Below are positions 27,849-34,392 of a DNA stretch of 34,392 nt, piece by piece. The stretch is from Candidatus Rokuibacteriota bacterium (GTDB lineage: Bacteria; Methylomirabilota; Methylomirabilia; Rokubacteriales; CSP1-6). Under the pieces are notes generated by a model. The model did not search any database, was not told the DNA's origin, and worked only from the letters and a program-made list of their open reading frames with translations. The position numbers were made by a program, and so were the translations under genes. The stretch is from the NCBI GenBank assembly GCA_016184305.1, contig JACPCX010000182.1:1-34392 (forward strand), in the 5' to 3' direction. How positions within the stretch are numbered: the stretch's first letter is position 1; every line of letters begins with the position of its first letter.

Positions 27849-29212
27849 TGGCCAAGGGGCGTTCGGCCTACCGCTGCCAGGGTTGCGGCTTCGCCGCGCC
27901 GAAGCCGGGCACCTGCCCGGACTGCGCCCGCCAGGGCAGCTACGTGGCGCTGGTGGAGGAGCGGACGACACCCTCCGGGTCCGAGCGCCCGAGACTTCCG
28001 CCCGGTGGCCGGCCCCAGCGGCTCAGTGAGATCAGCGGCGAGGGCGGCGAGCGAGTCCAGACGGGCATCGGCGAGCTCGACAGCGTGCTCGGCGGGGGCG
28101 TCGTCAAGGGCTCTCTCGTGCTGATCGGCGGGGACCCCGGGGTGGGCAAGAGCACGCTGCTGCTCCAGGCGAGTCAAGCGCTGGCCGAGCGGGCCGGCCC
28201 GGTGCTGTATGTCTCGGGCGAGGAGTCGGCCGGGCAGATCAAGCTCCGGGCAGACCGGCTCGGTATCGCGGCCGACGGGCTGTACTTCCTGGCCGAGACG
28301 GATCTGGAGGTCATCGAGTCCCACGTGGCCGGGCTCAAGCCGCGCGTCCTGGTGGTGGACTCGATCCAGACGGTTTTCCTGCCCGACCTCGAATCGGCGC
28401 CCGGGAGCGTGAGCCAGGTGAGAGAGTGCGGCGGCCGACTCATGCTCTCCGCCAAGGCGCGGGGTGTGGCGACCTTCCTCGTGGGGCATGTCACGAAGGA
28501 CGGCGCGATCGCCGGCCCGCGCGTCCTCGAGCACCTGGTGGACACGGTGCTGTACTTCGAGGGTGAGCGTCACCACGCATACCGGGTGCTCCGGGCGGTG
28601 AAGAACCGGTTCGGGTCCACGAACGAGATCGGCGTGTTCGAGATGGCCAATGGCGGCCTGACCGAGGTCAAGAACCCTTCGGGCTTCTTCCTCTCCGAGC
28701 GGCCGCGGGGCGCGCCCGGGTCCGTGATCGTCTCGAGTCTCGAGGGCACGCGGCCCCTCCTCGTGGAGCTGCAGGCCCTGGTGACGCCGGCCAGCTTCGG
28801 GACTCCACGGCGCACCGTGCTGGGGACCGACTACAACCGGGTCTGCCTGCTGCTGGCTGTCCTCGAGAAGCGCGCGGGCTTCCCGCTGCAGTCCCAGGAC
28901 GCGTTCGTCAATGTCGCGGGAGGGGGCCGGGTCTCGGAACCCGCGGTGGATCTCGGCATCGCGATCGCCGCAGCGTCGAGCTACCTGGACCGCCCGGTCC
29001 GGGGTGACGTGGTCGTGATCGGAGAGATCGGTCTCACGGGGGAGGTACGCGCGGTGTCGGGGCTCCCGGTGCGGCTCAAGGAGGCGGCGGCGCTGGGCTT
29101 CTCGTCGGCGGTGGTTCCCCAGAACAATCTGACGCCCGGTCAGTCCCATCCGCTTGACGTGCAGGGCGTCGGGTCCGTGGAAGAGGCCGTCAAGGCGCTC
29201 CTCGGAGGGTGA
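27848..29212 (+). CDS. radA: DNA repair protein RadA/Sms
   Basis: C4 finger CQGC..CPDC, GGDPGVGKSTL, KNRFG and Lon-like C-terminus. Confidence 0.97.
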   Translation: MAKGRSAYRCQGCGFAAPKPGTCPDCARQGSYVALVEERTTPSGSERPRLPPGGRPQRLSEISGEGGERVQTGIGELDSVLGGGVVKGSLVLIGGDPGVGKSTLLLQASQALAERAGPVLYVSGEESAGQIKLRADRLGIAADGLYFLAETDLEVIESHVAGLKPRVLVVDSIQTVFLPDLESAPGSVSQVRECGGRLMLSAKARGVATFLVGHVTKDGAIAGPRVLEHLVDTVLYFEGERHHAYRVLRAVKNRFGSTNEIGVFEMANGGLTEVKNPSGFFLSERPRGAPGSVIVSSLEGTRPLLVELQALVTPASFGTPRRTVLGTDYNRVCLLLAVLEKRAGFPLQSQDAFVNVAGGGRVSEPAVDLGIAIAAASSYLDRPVRGDVVVIGEIGLTGEVRAVSGLPVRLKEAAALGFSSAVVPQNNLTPGQSHPLDVQGVGSVEEAVKALLGG

Positions 29213-30222
29213 GTCGAGCCGTGACCGTCGTCATCGTCCGGGTGCTCGTGCTCGCTGTCGCTGTCGGCGCGGGGCTCGCGCTGGGCCCCGTGCTGGCAGT
29301 GCCCACGCCCAGCCCGTGGCTGGCGGGAGCAGGGCTGCTCGTGGGCATCCTGGCGGTACTCCTCGAGTGGCGGGCGCGGCGGGTCGCCGTGGAGCGGCTC
29401 TTCTGGGGTGCGACCGGGGCCGCCACCGGGTTTGTCCTCGGCCTCGGCCTCGGCAGCGCGGTCGGCGCCGTGGTGCCCGGGGCCGCAACGCTCGGGCGCG
29501 GGCTGTTCGGCCTGCTGGGGGGGTATCTCGGCTGGTCGGTGGCGCTCGCCAAGGGCGACGAGCTCGCGGGACTGTCGACGAAGCTCTTTCCGAAGGCCGC
29601 GTCGCCGAAGCGCCCGTACAAGATCCTGGACACCTCGGTGATCATCGACGGCCGGGTGGCGGACGTGTGCGAGAGCGGGTTCCTCGAGGGCACGCTGGTC
29701 GTCCCCCAGTTCGTGTTGCGGGAGCTCCAGCAGATCGCGGACTCCCCGGATGGGCTCAAGAGGAACCGGGGCAAGCGCGGTTTCGACGTCATCCAGCGGC
29801 TGCAGCGCATCCCGAAGGTGATCGTCCTCATCCACGACGGGGACTTCCCGCAGGTGCGCGAGGTGGACCGCAAGCTGATCGAGCTCGCCAGGGCGATGGA
29901 CGCCAAGGTGGTGACCAACGACTACAACCTCAACAAGGTCGCCGAGCTCTCGGGGGTGGCGGTGCTCAACGTCAACGAGCTGGCGAACTCGGTCAAGCCA
30001 GCGGTGCTCCCCGGGGAGATGATGCACCTCTACGTCCTCAAGGAAGGCAAGGAGGCGGGGCAGGGCGTGGCCTACCTGGACGATGGGACCATGGTGGTCG
30101 TGGACCACGGCCGGAAACTCATCGGCCAGAGTGTGGACGTGACGGTCACCAGCGTGCTGCAGACCACCGCGGGCCGGATGATCTTCGCGCGGCCGGTCCC
30201 GCCGGCGGAGTCGCTCCAGTGA
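29209..30222 (+). CDS. Membrane-anchored PIN/TRAM domain protein (YacL-like)
   Basis: TM helices, KILDTSVIIDGR, VTNDYNLNK and GKE..QGVAYLDDGTMVVV motifs. Confidence 0.93.
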   Translation: MSRAVTVVIVRVLVLAVAVGAGLALGPVLAVPTPSPWLAGAGLLVGILAVLLEWRARRVAVERLFWGATGAATGFVLGLGLGSAVGAVVPGAATLGRGLFGLLGGYLGWSVALAKGDELAGLSTKLFPKAASPKRPYKILDTSVIIDGRVADVCESGFLEGTLVVPQFVLRELQQIADSPDGLKRNRGKRGFDVIQRLQRIPKVIVLIHDGDFPQVREVDRKLIELARAMDAKVVTNDYNLNKVAELSGVAVLNVNELANSVKPAVLPGEMMHLYVLKEGKEAGQGVAYLDDGTMVVVDHGRKLIGQSVDVTVTSVLQTTAGRMIFARPVPPAESLQ

Positions 30223-31100
30223 TGAGACCCCTCGAGCGCGGGCCGCGGGCCGTCGCTGTCGTGCCGGCGGGGGGAACTGGTGTCCGCATGGGCGCCCGGA
30301 TGCCCAAGCAGTACCTGACCGTTGGCGGGGTGCCCCTGCTGGTCCACACGCTGCGCGTACTCGCTCGTGCCCGCTCCGTCGCCGGGATCGTGCTGGCGGT
30401 GCCCCGCGACCGGGTCCAACGGACGGAGGCGCTCCTCAGGCGTCTCCCGGTGCCGAAGCTCTCCCGCGTGGTGGCGGGCGGCGCCGATCGGCAGGAGTCG
30501 GTGTGGCTCGGGCTCCAGGCCGCCCCGGCAGAGTGCGAGTGGATCCTGGTCCACGACGCGGTCCGGCCCTTCATCGTGCCGGCCCTGGTCGAGCGCGTCC
30601 TGGCGGCGGCGGCGATCGCGGGTGCAGCCAGTTGCGGACTCCCCGTGCGAGAGACGGTGAAGCGCGTGCGCGAGTCCCGGGTGGAGGCCACGCTTGACCG
30701 GGAAGGGCTCTGGCTCGTCCAGACGCCCCAGGCCTTCAGGCGGGACCTTCTCTCGGAAGCCCACGAGCAAGCCCGCCGCGACGGCTACTCGGGAACCGAC
30801 GATGCCGTGCTCGTCGAGCGGCTCGGCGCCAGGGTTGCCATGGTGCCGGGACTCCCGCAGAACCTGAAGATCACGACGCCGGCCGATCTCCGGCTCGCCC
30901 GCCTCTGGAGCCGCACCCCGATCAGTGCGCGAGGCGCGAAGCGGCCGAGGTCGACTGGACGCCCCGATGAGCCCGTCAGGGCGAAGAGGCCCGACCGCCA
31001 CCCGAAGTCCCCGGCGTTCAAGCGAGACGATGAGAGCCCCGTCAGGGCGAAAAGGCCCGACCGCCACCCGATGGCTTCCACATTCAACCGTCCCAAATGA
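30222..31100 (+). CDS. ispD: 2-C-methyl-D-erythritol 4-phosphate cytidylyltransferase with repeat-derived C-terminal tail
   Basis: PAGG.G.RMG..PKQYL, RQESV, LVHDAVRP, QTPQ.F, TDDA and NLKITTP.DL motifs; about 60 extra aa follow the core. Confidence 0.95.
   Translation: MRPLERGPRAVAVVPAGGTGVRMGARMPKQYLTVGGVPLLVHTLRVLARARSVAGIVLAVPRDRVQRTEALLRRLPVPKLSRVVAGGADRQESVWLGLQAAPAECEWILVHDAVRPFIVPALVERVLAAAAIAGAASCGLPVRETVKRVRESRVEATLDREGLWLVQTPQAFRRDLLSEAHEQARRDGYSGTDDAVLVERLGARVAMVPGLPQNLKITTPADLRLARLWSRTPISARGAKRPRSTGRPDEPVRAKRPDRHPKSPAFKRDDESPVRAKRPDRHPMASTFNRPK
30916..31096 (+). repeat. One truncated plus two longer copies of the hisB-hisH repeat, inside the ispD 3' end
   Basis: cccgtcagggcgaa(g/a)aggcccgaccgccacccga at 30972 and 31038 (period 66); degenerate copy ccccgatcagtgcgcgaggcgcgaagcggcc at 30916. 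Confidence 0.88.
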
Positions 31101-31579
31101 CCCGGATGGGGCTCGGCTTCGATCTGCATCCCCTGGCGGATGGGCGTGCGCTCGTCCTCGGCGGGATCACGGTGCCGGCCGCGCGCGGGCTCGGCGGGCA
31201 CTCGGACGCCGACGTTCTCACCCACGCCGTCTGCGAAGCCCTCCTCGGCGCGCTCGCGCTCGGCGACCTGGGCCGGCTGTTTCCGGACAGCGACGAGCGG
31301 TATCGTGGCGTGTCGAGCCTCGCGCTCCTTCGAGGCGTGATGGAGCTCGTTCGTGCCCGCGGCGGGAGCCTGGTCAACGTGGACGCCACGGTGATCTGCC
31401 AGGCACCGCGGCTGGCGGCATTCCTGCCCGACATGGCGAGGCAACTGGCGTCGACGATCGAGGTGGACGCCGACCGGGTGAGCGTCAAGGCCAAGAGCCC
31501 GGAGCACCTGGGCCTTCTCGGTCGCGAGGAGGGCATCGCCGCGCTGGCCGTCGTGTCGGTGGACGTCACACCCCCGTAG
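31097..31579 (+). CDS. ispF: 2-C-methyl-D-erythritol 2,4-cyclodiphosphate synthase
   Basis: R.GLGFDLH, GHSDADV..HA and GDLG.LFPD motifs. Confidence 0.97.
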   Translation: MTRMGLGFDLHPLADGRALVLGGITVPAARGLGGHSDADVLTHAVCEALLGALALGDLGRLFPDSDERYRGVSSLALLRGVMELVRARGGSLVNVDATVICQAPRLAAFLPDMARQLASTIEVDADRVSVKAKSPEHLGLLGREEGIAALAVVSVDVTPP

Positions 31580-31595
31580 GGTCCAGGAGGCACGC

Positions 31596-33026
31596 GTGGG
31601 ACTCAGGATCTTCAACTCGCTCACCCGCCGGAAAGAGGAGTTCACCCCGCTCAGGACGGGCGAGGCGCGGATGTACGTGTGCGGCGTGACCGTCTACGAC
31701 ATCTCGCACATCGGGCATGCCCGGAGCGCGCTCGTCTTCGACGTGATCCGTCGTTACCTGCGTTTCAAGGGCTACCGGGTCCAGTTCGTCAAGAACTTCA
31801 CGGACGTGGACGACAAGATCATCAATCGCGCCGCCCAGGAAGGCGTGTCGTCGCAGGAGATCTCCGAGCGCTACATCGCCGAGTACCGGGCCGACATGGC
31901 TTCCCTCGGCGTGCTCCCCGGGGACGTCGAGCCGAAGGCGACGGAGCACATCCCTCAGATGATCGCGCTGATCGAGCGACTCATCGCCAAGGGACTGGCG
32001 TACGCCGTGCACGGGGACGTCTACTTCGAGGTGCGGCGCTTCCCGACCTACGGGCGTCTCTCCGGCAAGAACCTGGAGGAGCTCCTGGCCGGAGCCCGCG
32101 TGGAGGTGGACAACCGCAAGCGGGATCCTCGGGACTTCGCGCTCTGGAAGTCCGCGAAGCCGGGGGAGCCCTCGTGGCCGAGCCCGTGGGGTGCCGGGCG
32201 GCCCGGGTGGCACATCGAATGCTCCGCCATGTCCATGCAGTACCTCGGGGAGTCCTTCGACATCCACGGGGGAGGCGAGGATCTCATCTTTCCCCATCAC
32301 GAATGCGAGATCGCCCAGGCCGAGGGAGCCAGCGGGAAGCCGTTCGTGCGCTACTGGATCCACAACGGCTTTGTCAACTTCGGCGACGAGAAGATGTCCA
32401 AGTCCCTCGGCAACACCCTGACGATCAAGGATCTGGTGGCCCGTCACGACCCCGAGGCCATGCGCCTGTACTTGCTGGGCACCCACTACCGCCACCCGCT
32501 CGAATTCGGAGACGAGCGCATCGGCGAGGCGGCGCGGGCGCTGGAGCGGCTGCGCGGACTCCGCGCGGAGGCCGACCGCCTGGCGGCCAAGGGGACGCCG
32601 CCGCCGGGGCCCGATCTCGGGCTCTTCGACGAGGTCACCCAGCACCGGTCGCGCTTCGAAGCCGCAATGGACGACGACTTCAACACGCCCCAGGCGCTGG
32701 GCGCGATCTTCGATCTCGCCCGGCGGCTCCAGACGGCCCGGACTGACGTCTCTGATGGCCGGGGGGGTGCCGGGGCCTTTCTCGTGGGGGTGGGCGAGCT
32801 CATGACTCTCTCGCGTGTGCTGGGGCTGCTGGAGGGCAGGGCCCCGGATGCGCCCGAGATCGACCTCGCGCTCAAGGCGCGTATCGAGTCGCTCGTCTGG
32901 CTGCGCCAGGAGGCTCGCAGGGCAAGGGATTTCGCGGAGGCCGACCGGCTCCGGGCGGAGCTCGACCAACTGGGCGTGGTGCTCGAGGACACCCGCGACG
33001 GCACCACGTGGAAGGTCAGGCGGTGA
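31596..33026 (+). CDS. cysS: Cysteine--tRNA ligase
   Basis: YVCGVTVY..HIGH, GRPGWHIECSAM and KMSKS motifs; AGGAGG SD, GTG start. Confidence 0.98.
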   Translation: MGLRIFNSLTRRKEEFTPLRTGEARMYVCGVTVYDISHIGHARSALVFDVIRRYLRFKGYRVQFVKNFTDVDDKIINRAAQEGVSSQEISERYIAEYRADMASLGVLPGDVEPKATEHIPQMIALIERLIAKGLAYAVHGDVYFEVRRFPTYGRLSGKNLEELLAGARVEVDNRKRDPRDFALWKSAKPGEPSWPSPWGAGRPGWHIECSAMSMQYLGESFDIHGGGEDLIFPHHECEIAQAEGASGKPFVRYWIHNGFVNFGDEKMSKSLGNTLTIKDLVARHDPEAMRLYLLGTHYRHPLEFGDERIGEAARALERLRGLRAEADRLAAKGTPPPGPDLGLFDEVTQHRSRFEAAMDDDFNTPQALGAIFDLARRLQTARTDVSDGRGGAGAFLVGVGELMTLSRVLGLLEGRAPDAPEIDLALKARIESLVWLRQEARRARDFAEADRLRAELDQLGVVLEDTRDGTTWKVRR

Positions 33027-33790
33027 CGACCCAGGAACCCGCGCCGCTCTTCGGGCGCCATCCCGTTCTCGAGCTGCTCCGTGCTGCGAGCCGGCGCGTG
33101 GAGGAGATCGCCATCCTGGCTGAGGGGCGCGGCCCTGCACTACAGGAGCTGCTGGCCTTGGCCCGGAGCCGGAACGTCAAGGTATCGTACCGCACGCGTG
33201 ATCAGCTCACGGCGATCGCCGGGACACCTCACCATCAAGGTGTCGTGGCCCGGGTTGCGGAGGCGAGTTACGCCACCCTGGGCGACGTGCTCTCGATTCC
33301 CGCGGCCAGGAGCGAGCCCGCGTTCTTCTTGGTGCTGGACCGGGTCCAGGATCCCCGAAACCTCGGAGCAGTGCTCAGGAGTGCGGAGGCGACGGGGGTG
33401 CACGGCGTCATTCTCCCGAGACATCAGTCGGTCGGGCTTACCCCGGCGGTCGCGAAATCAGCGATGGGGGCGCTCGAGTACCTGGCCGTTTCGAGGGAGA
33501 CGAATATCGTGCAAGTACTCGAGACACTTAAGAAAGAGTCGGTGTGGGTGATGGGTGCGGCGCAGCAGGGTGGGAAGGCGCCATGGACCGTGGATCTGGC
33601 GGTGCCGCTCTGCCTCGTTCTCGGGGGGGAGGGGGAGGGGCTGAGGCCTCTGGTGGCCAGGACCTGCGACGAGCTCCTCACCCTGCCCATGAGGGGGGAG
33701 ATCGGCTCTCTCAACGTGTCAGCTGCGGCCGCAGCCCTGTGCTACGAGGTGCTGCGCCAGCGGAGCCTCAAAGCGAGGGAAAACGCTTGA
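33023..33790 (+). CDS. rlmB: 23S rRNA (G2251 2'-O)-methyltransferase, SpoU/TrmH family
   Basis: G.HPV.E, HQGVVA, DPRNLGA, GGEGEGL and SLNVS motifs. Confidence 0.93.
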   Translation: MTTQEPAPLFGRHPVLELLRAASRRVEEIAILAEGRGPALQELLALARSRNVKVSYRTRDQLTAIAGTPHHQGVVARVAEASYATLGDVLSIPAARSEPAFFLVLDRVQDPRNLGAVLRSAEATGVHGVILPRHQSVGLTPAVAKSAMGALEYLAVSRETNIVQVLETLKKESVWVMGAAQQGGKAPWTVDLAVPLCLVLGGEGEGLRPLVARTCDELLTLPMRGEIGSLNVSAAAAALCYEVLRQRSLKARENA

Positions 33791-33815
33791 CTTTTGATGC
33801 CCTCGAAACTAGAGT
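33787..33815 (+). promoter_or_regulatory. sigma70 promoter of the tRNA-tuf operon
   Basis: TTGACT (overlapping the rlmB stop), 17 nt, then TAGAGT, 14 nt before the first tRNA. Confidence 0.7.
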
Positions 33816-33829
33816 GAAGTTTTGCGACT

Positions 33830-33904
33830 GCTGGCGTAGCTCAGGGGAAGAGCAACTGCCTTGTAAGCAGTGGGTCGGGGGTTCAAATCCTCCCGCCAGC
33901 GCCA
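33830..33904 (+). tRNA. tRNA-Thr(TGT)
   Basis: Acceptor GCTGGCG/CGCCAGC, anticodon arm ACTGC-CTTGTAA-GCAGT, GTTCAAATC, encoded CCA. Confidence 0.93.
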
Positions 33905-33939
33905 GTATTTTCGAGGGGTGGGCGTCCTGGGGGACGAGC

Positions 33940-34025
33940 GGGGAGATACCCAAGTGGCCAAAGGGGGCAGACTGTAAATCTGCTGGCGCACGCCTTCGGG
34001 GGTTCAAATCCTCCTCTCCCCACCA
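33940..34025 (+). tRNA. tRNA-Tyr(GTA)
   Basis: Acceptor GGGGAGA/TCTCCCC, GCAGA-CTGTAAA-TCTGC, long variable arm, CCA. Confidence 0.96.
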
Positions 34026-34061
34026 TCTCCGCGGTTGCAGGGGCGGGCGCCGAGAGGGCAG

Positions 34062-34136
34062 GCGGGAATAGCTCAGCGGTAGAGCGCCAGCCTTCCAAGC
34101 TGGGGGTCGCGGGTTCGAATCCCGTTTCCCGCTCCA
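34062..34136 (+). tRNA. tRNA-Gly(TCC)
   Basis: Acceptor GCGGGAA/TTCCCGC, CCAGC-CTTCCAA-GCTGG, CCA. Confidence 0.96.
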
Positions 34137-34180
34137 TCGGCTCCTCGGCGGCAAGAGGCATGAACAGGGTCGGCACTCGG

Positions 34181-34256
34181 GCCCATGTAGCTCAGTTGGC
34201 AGAGCGCGTCCTTGGTAAGGACGAGGTCTCCGGTTCAAGCCCGGACATGGGCTCCA
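34181..34256 (+). tRNA. tRNA-Thr(GGT)
   Basis: Acceptor GCCCATG/CATGGGC, CGTCC-TTGGTAA-GGACG, CCA. Confidence 0.96.
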
Positions 34257-34293
34257 CGTCTATCGCGCCGTAGCAACTGGAGGAGGGGCTCCG

Positions 34294-34392
34294 ATGGCCA
34301 AGGCGAAGTTTGATCGATCGAAGCCGCACGTGAACATCGGGACGATTGGGCACATTGACCACGGGAAGACGACGTTGACGTCGGCGATCACG
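34294..34392 (+). CDS. tuf: Elongation factor Tu (5' part only)
   Basis: [43 protein letters not shown]; classic Thr-Tyr-Gly-Thr-tuf layout. Confidence 0.98.
   Translation, partial: MAKAKFDRSKPHVNIGTIGHIDHGKTTLTSAIT

Noticed and set aside
33768..34238. Minus-strand ORFs over the tRNA cluster
   Set aside because: Antisense translations of tRNA genes.
33830..34256. tRNA cluster as an integration site
   Set aside because: No integrase and no duplicated tRNA 3' end seen in the window.

Overview
High-GC bacterial chromosomal segment, probably from a diderm (Mla system, Rho). Gene order and codon style suggest something like Rokubacteria/Methylomirabilota or a deltaproteobacterium-like lineage, but that is only an impression. 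Bases 1-6521 are an accessory region: a FecR/DUF6600-like exported protein with 39-aa repeats (runs off the left edge and is missing from the ORF track), an Fe/Mn superoxide dismutase, an XRE-HTH regulator, a fatty-acid desaturase and several gene relics (half a receiver domain, a DksA-like coil without a Zn finger, XPB-like helicase/DUF790 fragments). Two promoters here share a 23-bp palindromic box. Bases 6654-34392 are + strand core genes: atpZ-atpI-atpB-atpE-rex-mfd-surA-like, rho, rpmE-prfA-prmC-murA-hisGDBHAF(IE)-lipoprotein-mlaEFD-radA-PIN/TRAM-ispD-ispF-cysS-rlmB, tRNA-Thr/Tyr/Gly/Thr and the start of tuf. The most unusual signal is a short repeat family of about 66-84 nt with 5 copies at two gene junctions. 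Every copy is read in the same frame (P-x-R-A-K-R-P-x-R-x-P-M-x-x-T-F-x-R). It forms a stop/start-coupled mini-ORF relay between hisB and hisH and a ~60-aa C-terminal tail on IspD. A separate CTAG-flanked nested palindromic element sits inside the atp operon.
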